From positions 110,360,001-110,424,000 of the forward strand of contig JANJGN010000010.1 in the NCBI GenBank assembly GCA_026770705.1: a stretch of DNA of 64,000 nucleotides. Reading direction: 5' to 3'. The translations under genes were made by a program, and so were the position numbers. The stretch is from Isurus oxyrinchus (taxonomy: Eukaryota). The notes beneath the pieces are model-generated. The model did no database searches and was not told the DNA's origin. It saw only the letters and a list, made by a program, of their open reading frames with translations. Shown here one piece after another: positions 1 to 12,914 of this stretch (position 1 is its first letter; the number at the start of each line of letters is the position of its first letter).

Positions 1-884
1 CCCAACAAATCAAAGTTAACTTGAAAGTCTGAAATTTGAACATTTTTTTTGAATATTGTATGATTCAGTTCACTTAATCACAAACCTTCATAGGTGGATC
101 TACTATATTAAACTACGCTAGATGCTGCACCCAAAAGGTGTGTTTTCACAAAAACCTGTTTTTTTTTTATCTCACAGTGGTGATATCATTCAGTAAGTAT
201 GATATTTAAGTACTTCTAAGTGGAAGAGCAACTGGATTATCTTTTGGTAAGCATGTTAATTGGAGGCTTTCAAACTGAATAAGTTTATTTGGAATTCAAT
301 TTTCTACACATTTTACCACGAATCTTCTGAAAAGATATGGAACAATTGAACAAGCTAAAGATTGTTTCATGCATTTCAGCTTTGGAATCTCACTGACTCA
401 AATGTATTAAATTGTGCAGCTTCATGAATTGGTTAACAATATTCAGCATGATAAGCAGAATTCAGACTCCTCCCCAAACATATTTTGGGCACAAGCTGAG
501 ACTGTTCTTAGAAAGAAAGAAAATCTCAGGTGTAAAGGACACAGCACTCAAACGTAACATGGCTGCAAATAGTGACCTCACTAGTCCCACCGAAAATGGA
601 GATGATTGGGTAATTTCTCTGTCAGTCACACCTGCAAATGACTGGGATTGAATTTACACACAATATTTCTATGCAGCTATTCTCCACTCACTGCATTTTG
701 CTGGAGAAATCCCCCTGTTTTAATGAGCAGAACGCGTTGCTGGAGAACTGTTTGTTGCAGGTCATAGAGGCTCAGTAAATAGACTTTAGCTTGCTTTTCT
801 GTAAAAGGCATTGGATTTTGTGGTAAAATTAACAGTGAGGCTATCATCGTTGTTATTTTGCATAATTTGACACTGAACTAATAT

Positions 885-1085
885 AAAACCAAAAATACTG
901 CGGATGCCGGATATCAGAAATAAAAACAGAAAATGCTAGAAAAAACTCAGCAGGTTTGGCAGCGTCTGTGGAGAGAGAAACAGAATCCAGTTCTGATGAA
1001 CAGTCATATTTGACTCGAAAAGTTAACTATGTTTCTCTCTCCACAGATGCTGCTGAGTTTTTCCAGAATTTTCAGTTTTAATTTT
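885..1085. mobile_element. Short palindromic Penelope-terminus-derived element with a central hammerhead-like motif (+ strand, 989-1028)
   Basis: Arms 917-985 and 1025-1085 are imperfect reverse complements. The same sequence forms the ends of the GIY-YIG-bearing elements at 7300 and 37390. CTGATGA at 993-999, GAAA at 1017-1020. Confidence 0.75.
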
Positions 1086-1194
1086 GGCACTGAACTAGCT
1101 ATTCTAACTGATACTTTAGACTCTGCGGTTGGAAAGGATTCTTCATTTGGATTAGTTATGGATATACAGATCTACTTTCATTGTTCACAAAGGG

Positions 1195-2635
1195 CTCAGC
1201 AAATTAAAGGCTGTATATTAGCAAATACTGGAGATTGGTTAACAGTCAGAGAACAGGGAGCAGGAATAAACAAGTCATTTTTGCATTGGCAGACTGTAAC
1301 CAGTGCGATGCCACAAGAACTCAAAAAGCGAGCTTAGAAAAAACTGAGCCAAGGGAAGAATTTGCAATAATGTTTTGAAATGTTGGCGTTTACTCAACAA
1401 TTGTTCCACAAGGACTTGGTGAAATCTTTATTCAGATTGTCATTCATTTTGAAGGTACTTACACTAGATGTCAACTTTGTGAGTGTATGGCTTATGTATA
1501 GCTGAGACTAAAGTTTACTTCTCCCAATCCCTTTACTTCAACCCAAGTTCATAACACTCAATCGTACAGGACATGGGGATGATGCAAAGCGATTAGCATC
1601 AGGACTGCGCTAGTTGCCCATTTCTGAAATTATCCAACAAAAGAATCTTTTCATTCAAAAAAAATGAATCAGTACTTGGGACTCATCCTTTTACAATCTG
1701 TATCAATGACATAGACGAGGGGTTAAGTGTCCAAGTTTGCTGATGATACAAAGCTAGGTGGGAAAGTAAGCAGTGAGGACGATGCAAAGGAGCTGCAAAA
1801 AGAACATAGGCAGGTTATGTGAGTGGGCAAGAATGTGGCAATTGGAGTATAATATGAAATTATTCACTTTGGTAGGAAAAATAGAAAAGCTGAATATTGT
1901 GTGTTGGAGAGTGGTAAATTTTGGTATTCAGAGGGATATGGGTATCCTTGTATGCAACTAATTGAAAGTTAAAATGCAGTTACTGCAATCAATTACAAAA
2001 GCAAATGGAATGTTAGCATTTATCTCAATGGGTTTGGAGTATGAGTGTAAAGAAGTCTTACTGCAATTGTATAGGGCTTTGGTGAAGCCATACCTTTATT
2101 GCTGTGTACAGTTTTAGACTCCTTACCTAAGAAAGGATTTATTTACCCTGGAGGGGGCGCAACAAAGGATCACTAGATTGACTCCTGGGATGAGGGGACT
2201 GTGACATGAAGTGAAAATGAGTAGGCTAGATTTACATTTCCTAGAGTTTAGAAGAATGAGAGGTGAGCTAATTGAAATACATGGAATTCTGAAGGGCCTT
2301 GACAGAGTATGTACTGGTGGAATGTTTCCCTGGGTGGGAAGACTAGAACTAGGGGTTGTAGTCTCAGAATAAGTGATTGGTTATTTAAGACTTAGATGAG
2401 GAGAAACTTCTTCACTCAAAGGGTTACAAACCTTTGAACTCCCTTCCCCAGGGAGCAGAGGATACTCAGTTGTTGAGTGCATTCAAGCCAATGATTGATA
2501 TGATTTTTGGGTAGTAAGGGAATCAAAAGATGTAGGGAGGATGCGGCCAGGTGTAGCAGAGGTAAATCAGTGAGGACCTTCATTGAATGGTGGAGCTAGC
2601 TCAAAAGGCTAAATGCCCCTGCTCTATTTCTTACT
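1195..2635 (+). mobile_element. Decayed CR1 LINE, 3' half of RT plus 3' UTR, split by a ~345 bp unrelated insert (about 1320-1665)
   Basis: Remnants of 'WL..R.Q.VGIN', 'PQ|GSVLG', 'KFADDTKLGG' and 'LEFRRMRGELIE', with many stops and frameshifts. Confidence 0.85.
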
Positions 2636-2650
2636 TTTTTTTTTAAAAAA

Positions 2651-3353
2651 TGACATTCAATGGCATTACCATCACTGAATCCCCCACTATCAACATCCTG
2701 GGGGTTACAATTGACCAGAAACTGAACTGGACTAGCCATGTAAATACTGTGTCTATAAGAGCAGATCAGAGGCTAGGAATCCTGCAATGAGTAACTCACA
2801 TCATAACTCCCAAACCTGTCCGCCATCTACAAGGCATAAGTCAGGAATGTGATGGAATAATCTCCACTTGCCTCGATGAGTGCCGCTCCAACAACCCTCA
2901 AGGAGCTCGACACTATCCAGGACAAAGCAGCCCACTTGTCTGGCACCACATCCACAAACATTTACTCCCTCCACCACCAACGCACAGTGGCAGCAGTGTG
3001 CACCATCTACAAGATGCATTGAAAGAACTCACCAAGCCTCTTCAAACAGAACTTTCAAAACCCACGATCTCTACCATCTAGAAGGCCCAGGGTAGAAGAC
3101 AAATGGAAACACCACTACCTGGAAGCTCCCCTGCAAGCCACACATCATCCTCACTTGAAACTATATCGGTTCATTTAATGTTGCTGGGTCAAAATCCTGG
3201 AACTCCCTCCGTAACAGCACTGTGGGTGTACCTACACCACAGGGACTGGAGCGGTTCAAGAAGGCAGCTCATCATCACCTTCTCAAGGGCAATTAGGGAT
3301 GGGCAATAAATGCTGGCCTAGCCAGCGAAGACTACATCCCATGAAAGAAAAAA
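2651..3353 (+). mobile_element. 3' fragment of a second CR1-group LINE family (family 2)
   Basis: Encodes 'ESPTINILGVTIDQKLNWTSHVNT...STIYKA.VRNVME.SPLA'. Ends in the tail 'ttctcaagggcaattagggatgggcaataaatgctggcc...catcccatgaa', which recurs across the window. Confidence 0.8.
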
Positions 3354-4329
3354 ATAGTTCCTAGATCCCCTGTAGAGGGCGCAGCATGTCAAATAACTAC
3401 AAGCTCCAGTGCAAAGCCCCAGATAAAGTCTGTGGACAAGACTAAATGTAATGAGCCAGTAGCACTGCTCGTTCGCCACTAACTGCAAAATCGAGGCCAC
3501 TGTTTGCTGGAAGTCCTGTCTTAAGTTCCGCGTGGCTTCAAGTCATGCAGAAACAAGTGTCAAAAGGCACTTTAAAAGACTGCCCTCATGCACTTTAAAT
3601 TCAGATCTGAATTATTGTTCAAATACTGATCAGTCCAAGTGATGGTTCATGGGAAGAAAGAATGAGGGATGCTAGTGGCACTACTTAACATCTCATCTGA
3701 GTTCTCAGAAACTTTGTTCTTCCTTTCCTGAAGTTCCTAAATCTTCTCAAACTTGAAAAGATCCAGGAGTCCATGATCCACCTTGCCACCCAACCTTTGA
3801 TGAATTAGGGAAGAATTACTGTCCTCCTTTTCTCTCAGTGATGACTGACTGCTCAGAAACTCTGCCTGACTGCTACGTATATTGTACGAACACTGGTAAT
3901 TCTCTACAGAATTAATATTTTGACAACATGACAACTCCCAAATTTAACTACACTTAAATCTTCCAAGTGATATTTTACCAAATATTTTGAGGCCAGTTCA
4001 CACTGTGCACAGTAAAACATAATCACTAATCCAAGACATGAGAAGCAATAGAAGTAGAAAGTGAGAGAAAAGGTAGAATAGCGGAACTTGGGGGAAGATA
4101 AAACAAGGAGGCTAAAGTGACTAATTTAAAGAAATGTATTTTGTGCTCCATAAACTTAACACAAACTCCTTAAATGGTACATAATTCACTGAGAGTAAGA
4201 CTGCAATGACTCTTTGAGATTTAAGGCACTGTGCAATCCAATGCCACGTCTGTGTTTCTACTGAATCTAACTATTCAGGAGAGAAAAACTGAACTAATGG
4301 TCCAATTTAACTTTGTTTTAAATTGGCAC

Positions 4330-5030
4330 AGCTCTAGAGCCTCCACCCACCCCTATTCATCAACCAACATATCTTTCTCCTCATGTGATACACATTGTGA
4401 CAAATCCATCTGTGCTATTTGTCTCAACTACCACTTGTGGTAGCACAATCCACATTTTGACCATTCTTTGGGTAAGGAAGTTTTCCCCACAATCCCTTTT
4501 GGATTTATTAGTGACCATCTTATATTTCTAACCTTTAGGTTTTGAGCTCTCCAAAAATGAAAATATCTTCTCTATGGCGTCCTTGTCAAACTCATGATCT
4601 TAAAGAATACCAATGACATTCAGCCTTCTCTTTTCTAGAAAAAAAAGAGTCCCAGCCCTGTTCAGGATTGCTTGATAAGTATATCCTGTCAGTTCTAGTA
4701 TCACCCTTGGGCATCTTTTTTTGCACATTTTCTAATGCCTCAATATCCTTTTATAATATGGAGACCAGAACTGTACTCAGTGCTCCCAAGTATAGTCTAA
4801 ACCAAGGTTCAATACAGGTTTAACATAATGTCTCCTGTTTTTCAGTTCCATTCCTATAGAAACAAACCTAATCTTTGCTTGCTATTTTATTGCCTTATTA
4901 ACTTGCTTCATTTCTAGCGACTTATGTGCCTGTACCTTAACATAGCTCTACACCATTTAGACTCATTATTGAATCACTCTGTGGCCTCCTTATTCCTCTG
5001 ACCAAAATGCATCACCTCACACTTATCTAT
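4330..5030 (-). mobile_element. Old CR1 3' fragment
   Basis: Degenerate reverse complement of the CR1 RT C-terminus (e.g. 'ggagaccagaactgtactcagtgctcc' = EH.VQFWSP). Confidence 0.65.
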
Positions 5031-5294
5031 ATACTTGGCTATACAGGTCTATACTTGAACATCTAGTGACTTGTTAGAAGCCAATCAGGACTCCTCCAGG
5101 TGTACTTAAATGAGGCTTCTGTCAGAGTTCCCACCTTTAAATAATTAACTCATTGTGGGATGTGGGCTCCATTGTATTTGAGGATTTAGAGACACAGCAT
5201 GATGGCTGTACAAATTAGACGTTGCCTGCACAAATTAACATCACAGTGATAGAAACAATTTCTGATACACATTGCGACAAGTATTCCATCTTAC

Positions 5295-5445
5295 CGCAGC
5301 CCGGTTTTCTGCAATGAAGAACAGTTCAGTCAGGGCTCGATGAAGTGGTGGAAGGATAGAAACTCCAGCCTGGTCTTGGTTTGCAGTGTTCTCCATTTTA
5401 GCGAAGAGTTGCCACAGCGGCTTCAACATGGTGAGGTCACAGCCA
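5295..5445 (-). CDS. ZZEF1: ZZEF1 coding exon (last found in window), 151 nt, (S)GCDLTMLKPLWQLFAKME...LHRALTELFFIAENRAA
   Basis: Overlaps ORF 5241..5429(-). Acceptor ttccctttcctag|T, donor GCG|gtaaga, phase 2-0, compatible with the exon ending at 34543. Matches ZZEF1 'CDL..LKPLWQLF...LHRALTELFF..ENRA'. Confidence 0.95.
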
Positions 5446-5699
5446 CTAGGAAAGGGAAATAAAACAGATTGAAAATGGAAGAGGGTACACTCCTTAACAT
5501 ATCATGTTCTACTCGAGAGATGATTTTAAGACAACTACACAGCAGGGGTAGGAACCAACATTTCTGAACTTATTAAAGAGATTAAAGAATCATAAAAATA
5601 TATGCCAAATATCTACTTAAATTTAAATGCTCAACATTGTGTTCTACATCAAACATTCTTACCCACTGTCAATAAGAGTACCACTTTACTATTAACATT

Positions 5700-6460
5700 T
5701 CATTGTCTAACGGGGTGGAACTACCCTCATCCTGGTTCCATTCTTACATATTGAGCCAGAACCAGAAAACCACCTATAACAGCTTCTCTTTCTGCTCCTC
5801 CAGCATTACCTTTGGTGTCCCTCAAAGATCTATCCTTAGCCCCTCCTATTTCCCATGTGCACCTTGACAACATTACTCATAAACACAATGTCAGGTTGCA
5901 CTTAACACTGACAATTCCCACTCTACCTCACCACCAACTCCCTCATGATGTGTCAGGCTGCTGGTCTGACCTGCCACTACCGTATGAGCAGAAATTTCCT
6001 CCAACAAAATATTGGGAAGACCAAAGCCACTGATCTTTGGCCCCCATCTCAAACCCTGTTTTCTAGTCACTGACTTCATCTCCCTCCCTGAACTGAAGGC
6101 TGAGACAGATAGTTCGCAATCCTGGTATCATATTTGACTCCAACGATTTTCCGATCACATATTCCCTTCACCACTAAGACCGCCTGATCTCCTCATTCAA
6201 CTGCCCTCCTGCCTCAACTCTGCTGAAGCACTCATCCATGCCTTTCTTACCTCTAGGCTTGAATATTCCAATGGCCTCCTGGCTGATATTCCACTTTCCA
6301 CCTTACTTAAAATTGAGCTCATACAAAACCTGCTTCCCATATCCTAACTCACACCAAGTTCCCAGTGACCTACATTGGTTTTTGGTTTGGCAATGCCTCA
6401 ATTTTAAAATTCCCATCCTTATTGCCAAATCCCTCCGTGGCTGTTACACCTCTGTATAAT
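5700..6460 (+). mobile_element. Decayed L2 LINE RT fragment
   Basis: 'ggtgtccctcaaagatctatccttagccc' (GVPQ.SIL.P) and 'gacctacattgg...caatgcctcaattttaaaattcccatcc' (LHW...FKI), typical of the L2 ORF2 C-terminus. Confidence 0.7.
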
Positions 6461-6706
6461 GTACTTCATAAAACTAAAGATTCAGTCACAACAGAAACAT
6501 AGGATATTAAAGTAATCATAGCAGATGGGAATAAACCAATATATTGTTTAATCCTACCCTACATAATTATTAAGAGTTTTCCCAAATAAGGCGTTCCTTA
6601 ATATAACTGATTATTTACACGTTTATGCCAACCATTAAGAGTGTCAATTCCATGTGTAGCTTGTTAGAACTTCCCAAGAAAAGTCAGCTTTTATATTGGT
6701 GAATGA

Positions 6707-6900
6707 GGCAAAAGCAAAATACTGCGGATGCTGGAAATCTGAAATAAAAGCAGAAAATGCTGGAAATACTCAACAGGGTAGGAAGCATTTGTGGAGAGAA
6801 AAACAGAGAAAACATCACAGATCTGAAATATTTACTCTGTTTTTCTCTCCAAAGATGCTGCCTGACCTGCTGAGTATTTCCAGCATTTTATGCTTTTAAT
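6707..6900. mobile_element. Short palindromic Penelope-terminus-derived element, ribozyme core deleted
   Basis: Inverted arms 'aaaagcagaaaatgctggaaatactcaacagg...gtggagagaaaaacagag' and 'ctctgtttttctctccaaagatgctgcctgacctgctgagtatttccagcatttt'. Confidence 0.75.
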
Positions 6901-7992
6901 ATGTATGAGTGAAGGCAATTGGATCGAAACCAGCTGGAGTATAGGGTTGGCACCCACTGCAACTTGCTACTTTCTCCCAGTACCAGTTGTATGTGAACTT
7001 GAAGCAGAAAAGTTATTAAAATGTTTTGATGGCTTTGGAGAGTCACATTTGCAGGTTTTTATTTCATGGTTTGGCCTGAAAAGTTATGCATTAAATTCAG
7101 CCATTAGATAATAACTTTCAAAATCTCCAAAGAAGTTTTCTGGGCATTGGTCACATGTAATCTTATGTGAAGGTTTGAAACTACTCGAAGGGTTTTGTTT
7201 TAAGTGGTGTGAAAGTTATTCAATGCTGTGAATGACTAACTGGCTTTGAGTATTCCTGACCCTAGCCTTGAAAAATTGAAAGAAAAAAAGACTCGAGCTG
7301 TGAAATAAAAGCAGAAAATGCTGGAAAAACTCAACAGGTCTGGCTGACAGCATCTGTAGAGACAGAAACAGAGTTAATGTTTCAAGTTCGTATGACTCTT
7401 CTTCAGAGCTAAAGAGAAGTAGAAACGTGATGGATTTTAAATGGTTTAAGAGGGGGTGGAGCAAAATAGGAGGTCAGGGATAGGTGGGAGCTAAGGAGAG
7501 ATTGACAAAGATGTCATGGATACAGGACAAAGCGAGTGTTAAAGGCAAAAGAAGGTGCTGATAATGACATAAAGGTAAGATAGCAAAATGTGTTAATAGC
7601 AGAACAAGGGTCAACGCACTATGAAAGCACAACAGAAAAACAAGTGACATTTGGGCCCTGTGTGGGGGTTGTTGGGGAAAAAGGATAAAAAAATTAATTT
7701 AAAAAATGAATAAATAAACAAAAATAAGAAAATAATTAGTTTTAAAAAAGAGATAGAAGTTGTTGAACTCAATGTTAAGTCCGGAAGGCTGTAAAATGCC
7801 TAATCGGAAGATGAGGTGCTGTTCATCCAGTTTCTGCTGGGCTTCACTGGAACATTACAGCAGGCCAAGGACGGACATGTGGGCATGAGAGCAGGATGGG
7901 GTGTTGAAATGGCAAGCGACAGGAAGGTCTGGGTCATGCTTGCTGACTGACCAAACATGTTCCACAAAGCGGTCACCCAGTCTGCATTTATA

Positions 7993-9050
7993 TAGAACAT
8001 ACAAACTAGGAGCAGGAGTAGGCCACTCAGCCCATTGAGCATTCTCCACCACTCAATAAGATTATGGCTGATCTGATTTTAATCTCATATTCTTACCTAA
8101 CCCAGATAAACTTTCACCCCCTCATTTTTTAACAATTCATTCACAGGATGTGGGCTTCGCTGGGCTGGACCAGCATTTACTGCCCTTGAGAAGGTGGTGG
8201 TGAGCTGCCTTCTTGAACCACTGCAGTCCATGCAATGTAGGTACACCCACAGTGCTGTTAGGGAGGGAGTTCCAGGATCTGAACCAGCAACAATGGCTAG
8301 TCCAGTTCAGTTTTTGGTCAATAGTAACCCCCAGGGTGTTGATAGTGGGGGATTCAGTGATGGTAATGCCATTGAACATCATGGGGCAATGTTTAGATTC
8401 TCTCTTGCTGGAGATGGTCATTGCCTGGCACTTGTGTGGCGTGAATGTTACTTGCCACTTGTCAGCCCAAGCCTGGATATTGTCCAGGTCTTGCTGCATT
8501 TGGACATGGACTGCTTCAGTATCTGAATGCAAATGGTGCTGAACATGGTGCAATCATCAGTGAACATTCCCACTTTTGACCTTATGATGGAAGGAAGGTC
8601 GTTGATGAAGCTGCTGAAGATGGTTGGGCCGAATACTCTACCCTGAGGAAGTCCTGCAGTGATGTCCTGGAGTTGAGATGACTGACCTCCAACAACCATA
8701 ACCATCTTCCTTTGTGCGATCTATGAATCCAACCAGTGGAGAGTTTTCCCCCTGATTTCCATTGACTCCAGTTTTGCTAGGGCTCCTTGATGCCACACTG
8801 GGTCAAATGCAGCCTTAATAATCAAGAATCTACCTACCCCTGCCTTAAAGATATTCAAGGACTCTGCCTCAACCACTTCTGAGGAAGAGAATTCCAAAGT
8901 CTCACAACCCTCAGAAATATTTTTCCTCATCTCTGTTCTAAATGGGCAACCTCTTATTTTGAAACATTTACCCGAGTTCTAGATTCTCCCACAAGAGGAA
9001 ACATCCTTTCCAGATTCATCCCTTCAGGATCTTATATGTTTCAATCACCT
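7993..9050 (-). mobile_element. CR1 3' end inserted in the Penelope endonuclease region, itself split by a family-2 LINE
   Basis: CR1 3' tail 'agaacat...ggagcaggagtaggccactcagccc' at about 7994-8035; the CR1 sequence resumes at about 8816 ('atcaagaatctacctacc'). Confidence 0.8.
8135..8815 (-). mobile_element. Family-2 CR1-group LINE fragment with an internal deletion
   Basis: ORFs 8137..8553 and 8448..8705: 'GLPQGRVFGPTIFSSFINDL..MFTDDCT' and 'QAWADKWQVTF.PHKCQ..LGVTIDQKLNW'; family-2 tail at the left end. Confidence 0.85.
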
Positions 9051-10405
9051 TGGAGTCCACCGCATTGGGAGCAGTGGATACAGCAAGCCAAATTGAAGGG
9101 GGTACTACTGAAGCACTGCTTCATTTGAAAGGAGTGTTTGGGGCCTTGGATGGTAAGGAGGGAGGAGGTAAAAGGGGCAGGCATTGCACCTTCTGCGATT
9201 GCATGGGAAGGTGCTGTGGGAAGGGGATGAGGGCTTGGGGGTGATGGAGGAGTGGACCAGAGTGGCACAGAATGCTGACAGGGAGATGAGGGGAAGATGC
9301 GTTTGGTGGTGGCATTATGCTGGAGTTAGTGGAAATGGTGGAGGATGATCCTTTGAATACGGAGGCTGGTGGGGAGAAAAGTGAGGACAAGGGAGGTCCT
9401 ATCATGGTTCTGGAAAGGAGGGGAAGAGGTGAGGGTAGAGGTGCGGGGGATGGGTCAAACACGGTTGAGGGCCATGTCAACCACAGTGCTGGGGAGGAGG
9501 AGTGCTCGGCTAAAGAAAAAGGAAGACATGTCAGAAGCGCCGTTTTAGAAGGTTTCAACATCGGGACAGGTGCAACAAGGGCAGGGGAACTGGGAGAATG
9601 GGATAGAGTCCTTACAGGTAGCAGGGTGTGAGGAGCTGTTGTTGAGGTAGATATGGGAGGGCTTGTAATGAATATTGGTGGGCAGTTTATCACCAGAAAT
9701 GGAGACAGAGGTCAAGGAAGGGAAGGGGAGTGTCAGAGATGGACCATGTGAAGGAGAGGGAGGGGTGGAAATTGGAAGCAAAAATCAATAATTTTTTTCT
9801 AGGTCCAGACAAGAGCATGAAGTGGCACCAAAACAATCATCAATGTACTGAAAAGAGTTGTGGGAGGGGGTCTGAATGGGACTGGAACAAGTCCTCCTCC
9901 TCCTCCTTCCCCTCCTTCCCAGAACAAGGAATGTTCCACATACGTCCCAAAAAAACCGGCATAATTGAAGCCAATGCAGGTACCCATCCCACCCCTTTTT
10001 ATTTAGAGGAAGTGAGACAAGTTTAAAGAGAATTTGTTCAGTGAGAAAACAAGTTCAGCCAGACGGAGGACAACAGTGGTGGATGGGGATTGTTCGGGCC
10101 TCTGTTCAAGGAAGAAGCGGAGAGCCCTCAGACCGTCCTGGTGGGGGATGGAGGTGTAGAGGGATTGGACGTCCATGGTAAAGAGATGACTCCAGGGAAT
10201 GGGTAATGATGGTGATGTGGGGAAACGGGTAATTATTGATATGAAGTAGGGCATCAGACAAATTGTGAATGTAGGTGGGAAGACACTGGACAAGGTAAGA
10301 GAGAATGGAAGCAAGATAGGAAGAAATGAGTTCCATGGAGCAGGGACAGACTTATATGATGGATCTACCAGGACAGTCCTGTTTGTGAATTTTGGGAAGA
10401 ATGTA

Positions 10406-11886
10406 AGAAATAGGAGTAGGCCATTCTGCCCCTCAAGCCTGCCCCGCCATTCAATAAGATCATGGCTGATCTGCCCCAGGCCTTGACTCCTCTTTTGTGC
10501 CAGCTCCTCATAGCCCTCAACTCCCCGATATTTTAAAAATCTATCTACTTCCTCTTTAAATACTTTCAGTGATCCAGCCTCCACAACTCTCTGGGGTAGA
10601 GAATTCCAGACATTCACTACCTCTGAGAGAAGAAATTCTTTTGCATCTCAGTTTTAAATAAGTGCCCCCTTATTCTGTAACTATGCCCCCTAGTTCGAGA
10701 TCCCCCACTACCTGAAACATCTTCTCAACATCCACCCTGTCAAGCCCCCTCAGAATCTTGTACCTTTCGATAAGATCACCCCTCATTTCTTCTAAACTCT
10801 AATGAATAAAGGCCTAACCTGTTCAGCCATTGTTGATAAGTCAATCCCTTCATCCCAGGAATCAGCCTAGGTAATCTCTTTTGAACTGCCTCCAATGGCA
10901 GTATATCTTTTCTTAAATAGGGAACCAAAACTCTTCACAGAACTCCAGGTGCAGCCTCACCAACATCCTGTACAGTTGTAACAAGACTTCCCTATTTTTA
11001 AACTCCAACCCCCTTGCAGTACAGGCCAAAATTGTCTGTACTTGCTGCACCTGCATGCTAACTTTGTGATTCATGCACAAAAACACCCAGGTCCCTCTGT
11101 GCTACACTTTTTTGGAGTCTCTCCATTTAAATAATGGTCTGCCATTTGATTCTTCCTAACAAAGTGCATGACCTTACGCTTTCCTACATTAAACTCCATC
11201 TGTCAAGTTTTTGCCCACCCACCCAACCTATCTATATCTCCTTGCAGATTCCTTATGTCCTCATCACAACATGTCCTCCCACCCATTTTTGTATCATCAG
11301 CAAATCTTGATAGATTACACTCTGCCCCCTCCTCCAAGTCATTAATATAGATAGTAAATAATTGAGGCCCTAGGACTGACCCTTTCCAACCTGAAAAAGA
11401 CCCATTAATCCCGACTCTCTGTCTTCTGTGTGTTAACCAATCCTCAATCCATGCTAATACATTACCCCCAATATTGTGAGCTCCTATCTTGTGCAATAAC
11501 CTTTTATGTAGCACCTTACTGAATGTCTTCTGGAAATCCAAATACACTTCATCTACTGGTTTCCCTTTATCAACTCTGCTTGTTATATCCTCAAAGAACT
11601 CTAGCAAATTTGTCAAACATGATTTCCCTTTCACAAAACCATGTTCACTCTGATTGTGTTTGGTTTTCCAAATGTCCTATTTTTTCCTTAATAATCAACT
11701 CTAGCATTTTCCCAACGACAGACATTAGGCTGAATGGCCTATAGTTTCCTCATTTTGTCTCCCTCCCTTCTTGAACAGGAGCATCACATTAGCAGTTTTC
11801 CAATCCACTGGGACCCTTCCAGAATCCAGTGAGTTCTGGAATATCTCGACCAATGCCTCCACTAATTCTACAGCCACTTCATTTAA
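10406..11886 (-). mobile_element. 5'-truncated CR1 LINE inserted in the Penelope RT, TSD AATGTA
   Basis: ORF 11203..11634 '[25 protein letters not shown]'; TSD at 10400-10405 and 11887-11892. Confidence 0.92.
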
Positions 11887-12914
11887 AATGTAGAAGTGGG
11901 CTGTGTGGGATTTGGAGGGAAGCTGTGGAGAGAAGATCTCCAGAGGAAATGAGGTCAGTGACAGTCCTGGAAACAATGGCTTGACGTCCGGTGGTGGGGT
12001 CATGGTCAGGTGGGGGGGCGTAAAAAATGTCTGAGAAATGGTGCTCAGCTTCTGCAATGTAGAAGTCAGTATGCCGGTCAACAATTGCACCACCTTGTCG
12101 GCAGTTTGATAACAAAGTCAGGCTTGGACCTGAGAGGACAGAGGCAGCAAGTTCAGAAGGAGATAAGTTGGAGTGGGTGAGAGAAGCAGAGAAATTAAGA
12201 TGGCCGATGTCACGCCAACAGTTCTGGAGTTGTGTTGAGTTTTTCTTCACCTAAAAGAAAGTGGAATTTCCTTATTTAGGTTTGTAGTAGAGTGCATTGC
12301 TGAGATGTGAATTATTCTTATGCAACAGAAGGATATATTTTTGAAAGTTGTTTTAAGAATGTCTGTTGCACATATCCACTGTTTCATAGGGATAGATGAA
12401 TCGTTCTGCTCTATGGGTTCTATTTGAGCCTTATTAGCTTTGAGCAACCTTGCTAGATCTCATCAAAACCCAAAAAGCCCATTTGTTATTTTGTCTGGAC
12501 TCCTTAAGATTTAAAAGGTCCAGGACATGTCCTCTCAAATTTTCCTCTAACAAGAGGTCCAACTCCCTTCTCATAAATGATAGGCTTAAGGTGACAAATC
12601 ATCACAGTCTTCAATGATATTTCTATGATGCATCAAAGCTCTTCTACTAAAGAACGGTGTAAAGAACAGTACACAATATCGTACCTGCAATTTAAGCAAG
12701 GTTAGAATGGTGTGCCTTTGCTTAATGTCAGATACTCTCCAGATTGCTCAAATTTTATCTGTGATGTTTCCACTGTTTTTAATCCATTGCAATTCTTGAC
12801 CTATGCCCTCCAATTCAGATGGAGCCCTCACGTCTCCTCTATTAATAAAGCTGCCGTCAAGAAGCTTAGTTGCCTCTTCCATGCGAAACCCTTTTCCTTA
12901 ATAGTGTGTGGAAG

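Larger units (their letters stand above)
7300..12225 (-). mobile_element. Penelope-like element (RT + GIY-YIG endonuclease + 3' terminal repeat) in three pieces: about 11887-12225, 9051-10405 and 7300-7992
   Basis: Minus-strand remnants 'GGAIV...DHDPTT...FYILPKIHK', 'LFTMDVQSLYTSIPHQDGL', 'CIHCSQCG' and 'RLGDRFVEH...PVACHFN...LGILQPSGLNIEFNNF'; degenerate hammerhead-like motif at 7371-7410. Confidence 0.88.

Noticed and set aside
1-5294. Remaining terminal ZZEF1 exon(s) and stop codon
   Set aside because: No minus-strand segment with suitable splice sites and a matching peptide was found by eye; probably left of the window, though a short exon could have been missed.
10003-10617. 204-aa ORF as a novel CR1-Penelope fusion protein
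   Set aside because: Chance read-through across an insertion junction in decayed elements, changing frame relative to the Penelope RT.
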